Shown here in pieces: positions 11,900 through 24,830 of a DNA stretch of 64,000 bases. Positions within the stretch are counted from its first letter, which is position 1, and every line of letters starts with the position of its first letter. Below the pieces are notes generated by a model. That model did not search any database, had not been told where the DNA came from, and saw only the letters and a list, made by a program, of their open reading frames with translations. Where the stretch lies: assembly GCF_964194155.1 (NCBI RefSeq), contig NC_135893.1:29140001-29204000 (forward strand). The letters are read 5' to 3'. The position numbers and the translations under genes were made by a program. The stretch comes from Cetorhinus maximus. Its lineage: Eukaryota.

Positions 11900-12846
11900 C
11901 CTAGACCCAACCATCCTCAGCTGCTTCTTCAATGACTTTCCTTCCAACATAAGTGGGGATGTTCGCTGATGATTGCACAATGTTCAGTATCATTCGCAAC
12001 TCCTCAGACACTGAAGCAGTCCATGTCCAATGCAGTAAAAGACCTGAACAATATCCAGGCTTGGGCTGACAAATAGCAAATAACTTCAGTGTCACACAAG
12101 TGCCAGGCAATGACCATCCCCAACAACAGAGAATCTAACCATCGCCCCTTGACATTCAATGCCATTATCATCGCTGAAGCCCCCTCTATCAACATTCTGG
12201 AGGTTGACAGAAACTGAACTGGACTAGCCATATAAATACTCTGACTACAAGAGAAGCTCAGAGGCTGGGAACCCTGCAGCGAGTAACTCGCCCCCTGACT
12301 CCCCAAAGCCTGTCCACCATCTACAAGGCACAAGTCAGGAGTGTGATGGAATTCTCTCCACTTGCCTGGATGAGTGCAGCTCCAATAACACTCAAGAAGC
12401 TTGACACCATCCATGGCAAAGCAGCCCACTTGATTGGACCCCTTCCACAAACATTCACTCCCTCCACCACCAACACACAGTAGCAGCAGTGTGTACCATC
12501 TACAAGATGCACTGCAGCAACTCACCAAAGCTCCTTAGACAACACCTTCCAAACCCACAACTGCTATCATCTAGAAGGACAAGGGCAGCAGCCACATGGG
12601 AACACCACAACCTGGAAGTTCCCCTCCAAGCCACTCACCATCCTGACTTGGAAATATGTTCCTTCACTGCCACTGGGTCAAAATCCTGGAACTCCCTCCC
12701 TAACAGCGCTGTGGGTGTATCTGCAACACATGGACTACAGCAGTTCAAGAAGGCAGCTCACCACCACCTTCTCAAGAGCAATTAGGGATGGGCAATAAAT
12801 GCTGGCCCAGCCAGTGAAATCCACATCCCATCAATGAATAAAAAAA
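11900..12846 (+). mobile_element. 3' fragment of the tRNA-headed LINE family
   Basis: GMFADDCTMFS...YKAQVRSVME...KSWNSLP, ending ccacatcccatcaatgaataaaaaaa. Confidence 0.85.
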
Positions 12847-13289
12847 GCTAGCAGACCACCAGAGGCATCACGGGTAAACTGGCTCCTGATATTCCCATCA
12901 GATGAACTTTCCAGCCCAAATCACTGGAGAGCCACCAGGAACAGGATCCCTGGTGGATTTTTCTGCTCTAGTAGCCCAGGCACGCTGAGGTTGTTTGAAA
13001 TGGCCTCCAAACATATACCCACTGCACCCCAACTCACCCCACCCCCCTCCCCCCACCCCCAATCTGGCCAGCAGATCAGTCAATTCAGCAGAGGTTAGGG
13101 ATTGAGCTTAGACCTTCCAGAGATGGTGCCTTAGTATTGAACCAGTTTGAATCATTGAAGGACCAAGCAGATACATCAGAAACAAAACTGAACCCAAGGT
13201 CGAGGATTTGCTCTCTGAGCTGCAGCAAGAAGCCAATCCACTAGGTGGGGCTGCACACCAGGAAATTGGGTAATTCTACTTATTAATAA

Positions 13290-13555
13290 AAAGGCTTGCA
13301 TTTATATAGCACCTTTCATGAACTGAGGATATCCCTCACAGCCTACAAAGCACTTCTCACGTGTAGTCACTGTTGTAATACAGGAAACGTGGCAGCCATT
13401 TTGTGCACAGCAAGCTCCCATAAACAGCAATGTGATAATCACCAGATAATCTGATTTAGATGTTGGTTGAGGGATAAATATTGGCCAGGATACCAGGGAG
13501 AATCCTCCTGCTCTCCTTCGAATGGTACCATGGGGTCTATTATGTCCACCCCAGT
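13290..13555 (-). mobile_element. DeuSINE 3' half
   Basis: cttgcatttatatagcacctttc...gttggttgagggataaatattggccagg. Confidence 0.8.
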
Positions 13556-14269
13556 GGCAAATAACTTTGTGGTCTTCTACAGTTAGGGCTCACAGATGAA
13601 CAGAGGCCAATTAGGTGATGAACCAGAGAGTAGGACTAGGGTCTGGAAGACCACAGGCAGAATGGGTCAATTCCTCCCCAGGAGAGGGAGGGAGAAAAGT
13701 GTAATGAAGATCGTTGGAATACACCTCACTGATGGTAATTCTAGTTGATGCTGATTCATCTGAACATACATAGCCAGCGGGAAGGAAAGGAACAGACTGT
13801 CTATCAGGCCTGCAGCACACCTTAATATCTAGATTATCATGACTAGGCATTTCCTCACTCACTCTGCAGTTAGGTGATCTCCTAGGAGAGGCAAAAAAAC
13901 AGAAAAATCCAGGAAAATAAACAAAAAACATTCTGAAGTATTCCTTTCCAATCCCTGCAGGCAATCAGAACCAGTCCATAGGGGCCATATGTCCTTGGTA
14001 TAACCTAGCTCTCATCCAAAGAATGGGCTTTCTCTAGTACTTATTGTATGTTGGTTGTGACTGGCTAAGGAACAATTTTGGAGACATAGATATGCCTGAA
14101 TAATAACTGGTTTATGTATAAACGTACCTGTTTACAGACATACAAAACTGCAGGTATTACTCCATTTAAGTCATGAGCTTTCTCCTTCTTCATCTAGTTT
14201 AACATCTTAGTCATGCAGGCGTTACTGCTTCTCCAATCCCGCACATTAACTGTTCCATCCATGAACACC

Positions 14270-14700
14270 CTAATACTACAGTATTCCCTAAGGACTGCCT
14301 TTTAATAATGTAACGCAGCCTCAGTACTGACTCTCTTGACAATGTGGCACTTCCTCAGTACTGCCCCTCTGACAGTGCAACACTGCTTAGTTCTGCCCCT
14401 TCAACAGTGCAGCACTTATCAGTGCTACTTCAGTGACCTTTCAGCATTCCCTTGAATATTGCAGCATTCCTTCTTTACTGCCCCTCCAACAGTGCAGTGC
14501 TCCCTCAGTACTGCCCCTCTGACTCTGCAGCGCTCTCTCACTACTGCCCCTTTGACAGTGCAGCATTCCCTCAGTTCTGCCCCTCTGACTCTGCAGCACT
14601 CCCTCACTACTGCCCCTTTGATAGTGCAGCACTCCCTCAGTACTGCCCCTCTGACTCTGCAGTGCTCCCTCACTACTGTCCCTTTGATAGTGCAGCACTC
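14270..14700. repeat. 33-bp minisatellite derived from the DeuSINE body, with a 66-bp higher-order dimer
   Basis: Units agtgcagcactccctcagtactgcccctctgac and tctgcagcactccctcactactgcccctttga(c/t) alternate from 14491 to 14688. More degenerate units lie upstream. Confidence 0.85.
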
Positions 14701-15134
14701 CATTTGAATGACAGCTTTGAACAAGTTAAAGTCTTAGCTGCGCCTCAAACCCATAGCAATCTAACCTAAATGAGCCCCGATGGAGACACTTCCCCATTGG
14801 GATTCATGCTAATTCTCATATTTGGTAGACATTAGCATCTTTGTTAAGTAGACAGCTTGAGGGAAAAGGCCCGAAAAAAACATTCGAAATGTTCAGTGAA
14901 TGACAGATGAGTTTCTTCACACCATAAATATTCAAAATGCTTTCAGTAAAAATAATCCTTCAACATGAACCCTTAGGGAAATCTTCAGATGTGATTAAAA
15001 CCTTGGCGAACCCTTTGTTGCAGTGAGTATGCAAAGAAAATTTGAACAGCATAACCTCCCTGTTTAAAGGTCAAATCCAACTATTGTCATTTCACTCACA
15101 CTGAGATTTACCTTAGCCCCAAAGTATTGGCTCA

Positions 15135-16055
15135 TGGGAACATAGAAACAAAGGAAAACAAAAGCAGGAGTAGGTCATTCAGCCCTTTGAGCCTGCTCTG
15201 CCATTCAGTATGATCATGGCTGATCCACCATCTCAACGCTATACTCACGCTCTCTCCCCATACCCCTTGATACCTTTAGAGCCTAAAAATCTATCTATTT
15301 CCTTCTTAATTATATTTAGTGACTTGGCCTCCACAGCCTTCTGTGGTAAAGAATTCCATAGGTTCACCATCCCCTGAGTGAAGAAGTTTTTCCTCATCTC
15401 AGTCCTAAATGGTCTACCCCTTAACCTGAGACTGTGACCCCTTGTTCTAGATCCCCCCAGCCAGAGGAAACATCATCCCTGCATCCAGTCTGTCCATCCC
15501 TGTCAGAATTTTATACGTTTCAATGATGTCCCCTCTTATCCTTCTAAACTCCAGTGAATACAGGCCCAGTCGGCTCAATCTCTCCTCATACGACAATCCT
15601 GCCATCCCAGGAATCAGCCTGGTGAACCTTCACTGGTATATCCTTTCTTAGTTAAGGAGACCAAAACTGCACACAATACTCCAGGTGTGGTCTCGCCAAG
15701 GCCCTGTGCAGCTGCAGTAAGACATCCTTGCTCCTGTACCCAAGTCCTCTTCCAATGAAGGCCAACATACCATTTGCCTTCTTAACTGCGTGCTGCACCT
15801 GCATGCTTGCTTTCAGTGATTAGTGTACATGGACACCCAGGTCTCTTTGTACATCAATATTTCCCAATCTATCACCATTTAAATTAACACTCTGCCATTC
15901 TGTTTTTCCTACCAAAGTGGATAACTTCACACTCATCCACATAATACTGCATCTGCCATGTATTTGCCCACTCAACCTGTCTAAATTGCCTTGAAGCCTC
16001 TTAACACTCTTCTCACCACTCACATGCCCACCTAGTTTTGTGTCATCAGCATACA
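15135..16055 (-). mobile_element. CR1 LINE 3' portion
   Basis: ORF 15820..16065 ISMYADDTKLGG...QRDLGVHVH, then the CR1 C-terminus and 3' UTR. Confidence 0.9.
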
Positions 16056-16384
16056 TCGATATCAATTCATTTACTATCGGTTATTAGGTGAATATAAATT
16101 CATCAAAGTAGCAGGAACCTGTAGTAGTTTTCTCCTCAGCTCGTTTTAACAGGTGGATATGAATTTTGGCCCCACACTAATACTTAGTTGGAAGCCCTTG
16201 ACTGGCACTCCAGTGCAGTGAAGGAGGATCACACTGCCTGAGGTGTCATCTGTTCAGGTAGATGCTGGAGTTTTATTGGGAAGCTAATAACCCCTAAGGA
16301 TGAGATCGAATGGGTCAAAGGATCTTCTTCACCAGAAGCTGTGGGGTCCTTGGAAATACACACTCATCCGCTCTTTTTAAATTC

Positions 16385-16750
16385 CTTCCTGCATTGCGGG
16401 CGTCACCAATAAAGCCAACATTTATCGCCCATCCCAAGTTGCCCTTTTACAACTGTCTAGCGTGCTAGATTACTTCAGAGGGCAGGTAATAGTCAACCAG
16501 GTTGGTGTTGGACTAGAGTCACCTATCGGCCAGCCTGGCTAAGGATGCCAGGTTTCCTTTCTTAAAGGTTATTAGCAAATCAGTTGGGTTTTTTTGAAAA
16601 CCCCACAGCTTCATTTACAAAGAACAACTTTTTGTTTCCCAGATTTTTCTAAACAGAATTTGAAACTCTCAAAGCGCCACAGCAGGACTTGAACTCAAGT
16701 TGTACAAATTGCTAGTCGAGTAACATAGCCACTATACTACCGTGTGCCCA
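16385..16750 (-). mobile_element. Complete SINE (tRNA head + LINE 5' UTR + LINE tail)
   Basis: Minus strand begins gggcacacggtagtatagtggctatgttactcgactagcaa...gagttcaagtcc, has the same middle as the LINE 5' UTR, and ends aagggcaacttgggatgggcgataaatgttggc. Confidence 0.75.
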
Positions 16751-17402
16751 CAATATTCTGATTTATGATAATGAAAGAAAAACTGAAAATGTTGAAAATT
16801 ATTTCTTTTTCCTAATGCTGACTGCTCAGCCTTGAATTTTAAATCTTTTCTGTTTGTTTCTCATTTGTGTCCCATTGGGAAACAAATTTTCCAAGTAGCT
16901 GAAGTGGTGGGGAGTGCAGCTTTCCAATCTGTCCCTCCTGTGCGTGCCAGAGAATCCAGTGGCCACACCAAATCCTCACCTGATTTCCTGGTTGTTCATC
17001 ATTAAGCAGAGAGCTGTCAGCTGTCTGCATCAACAAGTCTCTCAGGACCAACAATTCCTGCTCTGCTCTGTTCAGGGCCATTGACACATGTTGATCACCA
17101 GTATCCCTTCATTGTGCTGTCAGAATTAGTCCTCGTCTCCATAAGATGCCTGTCAGCCTGCTTTGACAAGATCATGACAGGTTCATCAACTGAATTTTGT
17201 CAATAAGAGACACAAATGACAGGAGTAGATCAAAACACATTGTCCCGATTCTGTCACATCCACTTTTACATTCAGTTTTAATGCAGTTCCCACCCAATCA
17301 AATTTTTTATCATTTCACCCTGGACAGGATATAGAAAAATCCCTGTTGTCTAATAGGCTGTCCCTGCTCTCTCACCTTCAGCCTCTGAATCCTCTCTACT
17401 TC

Positions 17403-18439
17403 TGTTACAAATACAAAGTTTTTAAGTTTGTTATGTTTTGGGACTGTCTGTTTAATTTAAGGTAAAATGGAGCAGTGAAGGGGATCACCTGACCTACTTT
17501 GATTCCTGCTTGACAACAAACCTGGATGGCCTGGTTACTATGGGGACAGTGAGACCCAGGCTGTCTTACTGGGAAGAAGGTGCAAGATGTTCACACCTGT
17601 AGACAATGGCAGGAATAGCTGTGATGACTGTGGGTAGACTGTCAGTCTCCAAGTCTCATAGGGAGGTGTTAGGAATGTCAGGTTTTATAAATGGTTATAC
17701 TTCAAACTGTCTTTTTAATTTTAAGGTGAAATGGAATTGTGGGCATAAAAGATAGCTAATTAGCATTGCCACCTGGATAAAAGGCCCATGTAATTCATGT
17801 TGCCATGTCGATGGGCTTTGAGAGGGGAACAGGCCATAAAAAGCCATTGTAGTATTGGCTTATGTGTTTTTCTTAAGATACCCCTGAACCTCACAGACAG
17901 GTCAGATTACAAGAATCTGAGAAAGAGATAGAGAGAGCAGAGAGATAGTAGTCAGTTTCTATTGTTCACTGTGCAGAAATGCAGGTAGGAGTTCACACTC
18001 GGATATAAGAGACCAAGTTCTTGAGGATTTAAATGAGGCTAGAAGATTCACCTAGCTTTGGCTAGAGGAAAGAATTTCCGGTATAAATTCCGATAAAACA
18101 CTGTAAAAGTCAGTTTAGGAACTAGAAGTTATCTGGTTGGAAAAGGAAGCAAGCCATGTGGAACTGAAAATAGCTTTGGACTGGCTCCTGGAGAATGAAG
18201 CGTTCACTTAAGGTACAGAGTAAAGTATAACTGCGGCTGGGGATTTCCAGCCATTTTATAAGTTAAAGTTTTCTGTAGTTTAAAGTATAAACTGCCTATT
18301 GAATAGTGTTTAGGCAATGTTGCTTTTAGTTTGTTACAATAAAAGTCTTAAAATTTGAAAACTTGTGTCATCTTTTCAGTGCATCACTGGAATTCAAATA
18401 TCTCTTTAAAAGTTATAGGTCTGTATGGGGATCGTAACA
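17403..18439 (+). mobile_element. Solo LTR (Gypsy-like), about 1.04 kb
   Basis: Termini TGTTAC...GTAACA, AATAAA near 18338, imperfect 4-bp TSD cttc/ctcc. Inserted in a 22-23 bp minisatellite. Confidence 0.7.
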
Positions 18440-18449
18440 CTCCAGACTC

Positions 18450-18528
18450 CGAACTTTCTCACCTTCAGCCTCTGACCTCTCTCACCTTCAGCCTCCGACT
18501 TCTCTCACCTTAAGCCTCTGACCTCTTC
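18450..18528. repeat. 22-23 bp minisatellite (ctctcaccttcagcctctgacct); one more unit lies left of the LTR at about 17368-17390
   Basis: Three visible units at 18455-18525 plus the same unit at about 17368-17390. Confidence 0.75.
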
Positions 18529-19261
18529 CATTGCAACTATTCTCGTTTCTCTGCACATTGCTGATGATACAGTAGTTATTGCTTCTTTGATCTTCCCTCT
18601 CTTGTCCTTCCTAAGCTTCAAATTCTTAACTCTCCCCTTTCCTTGCATCTTCACTGCAAATTGTGGAATTTTTAAAATATCACTCAGTCGCCCTTTCCTC
18701 CTTATTCTTCTCTGCAAATGACGTAATGAACAGCCTAGGGTTATCAGAAAGCTAATCTTGCTTTTTGTTACCCTTTAGAAAGTGTTCAATGAAATTTCTT
18801 GCTTTAATAACTCCATGTTGACATATTGGGTAGAGTCTTATATCAGTCTCTGACCTGCTTTCGAATTAGTTTTATAATTTAATTGGATGCTCAAAATTTT
18901 AAATGAGAACATGTTAAAACATTTATTGATCCACCACAGGAGAAGGCACCTTCCATGGCTGTTAAATTGACTTGTCAGGTGGTGTATCTGGCAAAATTCA
19001 AATGGTCTTTTATTGCACTGCCTGTTGGCTAAACAGATTTAATTTGCTCCCTCACACTTGCTGCTGTTCGTTATAAACCTCCATGAAGGCCAATGTGTAC
19101 AGTGTTGGAACAAACTGAACTTGAAAACAACAGAGCCAAGAATGTGGTAAATCAAGATGTAGTGCTTAATAGGAAAGAAAGACTTACATTTATATTGTGT
19201 CTTTTATGTCCTCAAAGTGCACCATAGCCAATGAAGAACTTCTAGAATTCAGTCACTTACT

Positions 19262-20030
19262 TTTATTCATTCATTGGATGTGGGTGTCACTGCAAGGCCC
19301 ACATTTATTGCCCATCCCTAAGTGTCCTTGAGAAGGTGGTGGTGAGCTGCCTCCTTGAACCGCTGCTGTCCATGTGGTGTAGGTACACCCATAGTGCTGT
19401 TAGAGAGGGAGTTCCAGAATTTTGATCCAGCGACAGTCAAGGAGTGGTAATGTGGTTCCAAGGTGTGTGACTTGGATGGAAACTTGCAGGTGGTGGTGTT
19501 TGTGGTGGTGTTTCCATGCGCCTACTGTCCTTGTTCTTCTAAATGGTAGAGGTCGCAGGTTTGGAAGGTGCTGTCAAAGCGGCCTTGGTGAGTTGCTGCA
19601 ATGTGTGTTATAGATGGCGCACATTGGTGCCACTGTGCATCGGTGGTGGAGAAGTGCATGTTTAAGATGGTGGATGGGGTGCCAATCAAGTAGACTTGCT
19701 TTGTCCCGAATGGTGTCAAGCTTCTTGAGTGTTTTTGGAGCTGTACTCGTTTAGGCAAGTGGAGAGTATTCCGTCACACTCCTGATTTGTGCCTTGTAGA
19801 TGGTGAACAGGCTTTGGGAAGTCAGGAGGTGAATTACTTGCTGCAGAATTCCTTGCCTCCGACCTGCTCTTACAGACTTAGTATTTATATAGCTGGTCCA
19901 GTTCAGTTGTAGCTCCCAAGATGTTGATGGTGGGGGATTCAGCAATGGGAATGCCATTGAATGTCAATGGATGATGGTTAGATTCTCTCATGTTGGAGAA
20001 GGTCATTGCCCGACACTTGTGTGGCGCTAT
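19262..20030 (-). mobile_element. 3' fragment of the tRNA-headed LINE family, inserted in a minus-strand DeuSINE (about 19170-19260 and 20040-20285)
   Basis: APHKCRAMTFSN...AESPTINILG and IYKAQIRSVTEYSPLA. DeuSINE halves lie on both sides. Confidence 0.85.
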
Positions 20031-20419
20031 TGCTCTGCTATTGGTGTGAAGACTAATTTGCACAAAGAAAGATCTCACAAACAGCAACAAAATAGATGAC
20101 CAAAAAATTAGCTTTAATAACATTGTTGAGGGATAAATATTGACCAGGACACTGGTCTCCCCTGTTCTACTTCAAATGGTGTCATGGGATATTATACATT
20201 CAACTGAGAGGACAGATAGAGCTTCAGCTTAGAGTGTCACCTGAAAGATAGCATCTTCAACAGTGCAGCACTCCCTTAGGAATGTTCCTGATTCCCCAGA
20301 CTGCCACCCTTGGTCACCTGACACATCCATCCCGGTGTCGCGCCATCTTCCCATGCAAATTAGCAGCTGACTGGACTCTTTATCAATAATTAGATGATTC
20401 TTGACATTTAGTCAAAAAT

Positions 20420-22800
20420 AATACTGGTTGGGAACACAGGTGGGCCCATAGCAATGAGGTAGGATTAATTAATAACCTCATAGTGAAGGCACCCCTAGGT
20501 GACAGCAATCATACTATGAATTTTACATTCAGTTTGAGGGAGAGAAGAGTGGGTCTAAGACTAATATTTTAAACTTAAAGAAGGGCAATTATGAGGGCAT
20601 GAAAGCAGAGCTAGCTAAAATGAACTGGCAATTTAGATTAAGGGATTGGTCAACAGAGATACAGTGAAAGACATTTAAGGGGATATTTCAGAATGCACAG
20701 AATAGATACATTCCAACAAGAAGGAAAAATTCCAAGGGGAGGACTCACCATCCATGGTTAACTAAAAAAAGTTAAACATAGTATAAAGCTTAAAGAAAAA
20801 GCATATAATTGCACATGGATGGGTGGCAGGTCAGAAGACCGGACAGAATATTAAACAAAAACACCAAAGAATGACTTAAAGATTAATAAGGAGAGAAAAA
20901 TTAGAGAACAAGAGAAAGCTAGCTAGAAATACAAAGAGAGATAGTAAGAGTTTCTATAGATATTTTAAAAAGCAATGAGTTAACAAAGTGAGTGTTGGTC
21001 CTATAGAAAGTGAGTCTGGAGAATTGATAATGGAAAAAAAGGAGATGGCAGATGAATTGAACAGGAATTTTGCAGCAGTCTTCACTATAGAGAATACAAG
21101 TAACATCCCAGAACTAGCTGTAAATCAGGAAATAGAAGGGAGGGAGGAAATCCAAAAAAATTCCAATCATCAGGGAAGTGGTACTGAGAAAATTGTTGGA
21201 GATACGGGCTGACAAGTTGTCGTGTCCTGAAGAACTTCATCCTAGAATCTTAAAAGAAGTGCCTAGTGAGATAGTTGATGCGTTATTTTTAATTTTCCAA
21301 AATTCCTAGATTTGGGGAAGGTTCTATGAGATTGGAAAATAGCAAATATAACTCTGTTATTCAAAAAGGCGGTGGGGGGAGACAGAAAGCTGGAAACTAC
21401 AGGACAGTTAGGTTAACATCTGTCATAGGGAAGTTAGGAGCTATTATTAAAGATGTGATACCGGGCCACTTAGAAAAAATCAAGATAATCAGGCAGAGTC
21501 AACATGGTTTTATGAAAGGGAAATCATGTTTAACCAATTTATTGGAGTTTTTTAAAGAAATAATGTGCTATGGATAAAGGGGGACTGGTGGATGTACTGT
21601 ACTTAAATTTCCAGAAGGCATTTGATAAGGTGCCACATCAAAGGTTATTGTGGAAAATAAAAGCTCATGGTGTAGGGGCTAACATATTGGCATGGATAGA
21701 AGATTGGCTAGCTAACAGGAAACAGAGAGTAGGCATAAATGGGTCATTTTCTGGTTGGCAAGATGTAACAAGTGGTGTGCCACAGGGATCATTGCTGGGG
21801 CCTCAACTTTTTACAATTTATATAAATGACTTGGATGAAGGGACTGAAGGTATGGTTGCCAAATTTGCTGATGACACAAAGATAGGTAGGGAAGTAAGTT
21901 GTGAAGATGATATAAGGAGGCTACAAAAAGATATAGATAGGTCAAGTGAGTGGGCTAAGATCTGGCAAATGGAGTATAATGTCGGCAAATGTGAAATTGT
22001 CCATTTTGGCAGGAAGAATAAAAAAGCAGTATATTATCTAAATGGTGAGAGATTGCATAGCTCTGAGATTCGGAGGGATCTGGGTGTCCTAGTGCATGAA
22101 TCAAAAAAAGACTAGTACGCAGGTACAGCAAGTAATTAGGAAAGCTAATAGAATGTTATCATTTTTTGCGAGGGGAATTGAATACAAAAGTAGGGAGGTT
22201 ATGCTTCAGTTGTAAAGGGCATTAGTGAGGCCATGTTTGGAGCACTATGTATAGTATTAGTCACCTTATTTAAGGAAGGATGTAAATGCGTTGGAAGCAG
22301 TTCAGAGAAGGTTTACTAGACAAATACCTGGAATGGGTGGGCTGTCATATGAGGAAAGGTTGGACAGACTAGGCTTGTATCTGCTGGTGTTTAGAAAGTA
22401 AGAGGCGATTTGATTGAAACATAAGATCCTGAGGGGTCTTGACAGGGTGGATGTGGAGAGGATGTTTCCTCCTGTGGGAGAATCTAGAACTCGGGGGTCA
22501 CTGTTTAAAAATAAGGGGTTGCCCACTTAAGACAGAATGAGGAGAAATTCTTTCTCTCAGAGGGTCGTGAGTCTTTGGAACTCCCTTCTTCAAAAGACGG
22601 TGGAAGCAGAGTCTTTGGATATATTTAAGGCAGAGGTAGATAGATTCCTGATAGGCAAGGGGGTGAAAGGTTTTTGAGGAGAGGCAGGAATGTGGAGTTG
22701 AGGTTACAATCAGGTCAGCCATGACCTTATTGAATGGCGGAGCAGGCTTGAGGGGCCGAGTGGCCTACTCCTGCTCCTAATTCGTTTGTTTGTTCCTATG
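20420..22800 (+). mobile_element. CR1 LINE, 5'-truncated and decayed ORF2
   Basis: GNYRTVRLTSV, SQHGFMKGKSCLTNLLEFF, FQKAFDKVPH, SGVPQGSLLGP, FADDTK, and 3' UTR ggcctactcctgctcct. Confidence 0.95.
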
Positions 22801-22924
22801 TATTTATGTTTGTATATATGCATGTATAGCCTATGATTTATGATCCTTTAGGTTTCAGGCCTGCAGTTTCCTGGGCTGCACAGCCAACAAGCCATCACTC
22901 CTAATGGAATCGACCCTACAATCC

Positions 22925-23010
22925 CTGGTCCTGATGAAAGATCTGTTAACTCTGTTTCTCTCTCCACAGATGCTGCCTGACCTGCTGGGCATTTAGAACA
23001 TTTTTTAAAA
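22925..23010 (+). mobile_element. Penelope-like 3' end remnant with a broken hammerhead core
   Basis: ctgatgaaag...gttaactctgtttctctctccacagatgctgcctgacctgctg resembles 45197-45270. Confidence 0.6.
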
Positions 23011-23384
23011 TTTCAGCCCTCTGGTTCACTGGACTTAAATCTCTTACATAATCTTGTATCAACATCCATTAAATGAAGCCAGAAAGTAGGAGAGAAGACA
23101 GGATCGATTGAGAGTCAATTTAAGCTTAGAACTAACAAGCGACTTTTCAAATTCCTAGAATTTAATTGCTTGGACGCCAGGCAACCCACCCAATGTGTAA
23201 CACATTGCTTTCATCTCCTTTCCATTGGTAGTTCAGGTGATTTGTTGCAAAACCAAGGAATCCCAGAGTATTGGACAATGATAGGCAGCTGACATCGAAG
23301 GGGCAGGATTCCACGGAAAGGCAACCTGTGCATTTTGATATACAGTAACCTTCTTTAGCCCTACATTTCCCCAGGATCACTGCA

Positions 23385-23665
23385 AATCTCCAATCCTCTC
23401 CTCTTGCACCTCTTTGGTTTTAATTATTCTTCCATTACTGGCCATGTCCTGAGCTCTGGAATTCCCTCCCTAAAACCTCTCCACCTCTCTCTCCTCTGCC
23501 GCTCTTTAAAACCTTTAAAAACTCTTTCAACCAAGCTTTTGATCACCCATCCTAATCTCTTTTTATGTGGTCTTGTGTCAAATGTTGTTTGATAATGCCT
23601 CTGTGAAGCACCTTGGGATGGTTTACCTCATCAGAGGCACTAAAAAGGTGTAAGCTGTTGTTGAA
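23385..23665 (+). mobile_element. L2 LINE 3' end
   Basis: ctctggaattccctccctaaa (LWNSLP) and tail ctgtgaagcaccttgggatg...aggcac, the tail type shared with the DeuSINEs. Confidence 0.7.
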
Positions 23666-24079
23666 AGTTGATGGACAATTTAGGAATTGCAGTAGTATCA
23701 AAGCGCCAAAAGGTGGTGCTGCAAATCCAGAATTCAGGCAGATCCCAGTCTCTGAATGTCACATGACCGGTACTTACTCGGGTTCAGTAGGTCTGAGTCA
23801 ACTCTGTTCACTTTGCCCTGCACTTCAGCTGCGTAAAACTGAGCTCTGCTTACTAGTGTACAAATTCTGGCGAGATTTAATGGTTGTATAGCAGCCAATG
23901 GGACACTCAGCTCTCTGTTACCATCAATCATCAGCTAACTATATAGTGACTTGCAGTATTACTACAGGTGACAAAATGTGAGACTGTCTCCAGGAAAAAA
24001 TAAGGATGCTTGGAAAAGTAATGGCCATTCAGCACATTAGCCTATGCTTCCCCCCCTCTCCATGCATGCTTACTTCAAT

Positions 24080-24445
24080 CAGTAGCAACAGTGTGTACCA
24101 TCTACATCTGCAGGAATTCACCAAGGCTCCTTAGACAGCACCTTCCAAACCCACAACCACTAGAAGGACAAGGGCAGCAGATAGATGGAAACACCACCAC
24201 CTAGAGGTTCCCCTCCAAGTCATTCACCATCCTAACTTGGAACTATATTGCCGTTCCTTCACTGTCGCTGGGTCAAAATCCTGGAACTCCCTTCCTTACA
24301 GCACTGTGGGTGTACCTATACCACATGGACTGCAGCGGTTCAAGAAGGCAGCTCATCACCACCTTCTCAAGGGCAACTAGGTATGGGAAACAAATGCTGG
24401 CCCAGCCAGCGAAGACCAATGAACATCCCGTGAATAAAAAAAAAT
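24080..24445 (+). mobile_element. 3' fragment of the tRNA-headed LINE family
   Basis: Near match to 12480-12845, ending catcccgtgaataaaaaaaaa. Confidence 0.85.
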
Positions 24446-24499
24446 CAGACTTCCCTCCCCCCACCCAAAAGCTCCATTTTACCTTCCTTAATGCTCCAG

Positions 24500-24830
24500 T
24501 GAATCGGAAAGATTCAATCATATATCTCTAACTTCCAATCTCCTTTCCTGACTGGCATTGATTGCAATTCCTTTTTAAAGGCACCGTTGAGTGGAATTGG
24601 CTACTTTTTCTGTAAATCTGTTCCACATTCCCTGCCCTGAGGGAGAGGAAACTCATCACAGCCTGTAATCCTGTGCGAGGCCTGGGTATTCCGTGACTGT
24701 GCCCCTGAGTTCTGTCATCCTTGTCCAAGATAAGCAGCCGGCTTATCTCACCCATGCCTTTCATTATACTGAAGCCTTGCAGTGTGATCCTCTCAGCCTT
24801 TCTATCCCCAGATAATGGAAAGTGTCTACG
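24500..24830 (-). mobile_element. Very old CR1 3' remnant
   Basis: FSIMKGMGEI...DDRTQGHS...FLSLRAG resembles the CR1 motif FKIMKG.D....SRTRGHS...FFSQRVV. Confidence 0.55.

Noticed and set aside
14425-14769. Four overlapping Cys/Arg- or Pro-rich repetitive ORFs, and a possible CRISPR-like array
   Set aside because: They are a by-product of the 33-bp tandem repeat. There are no unique spacers and the context is eukaryotic.
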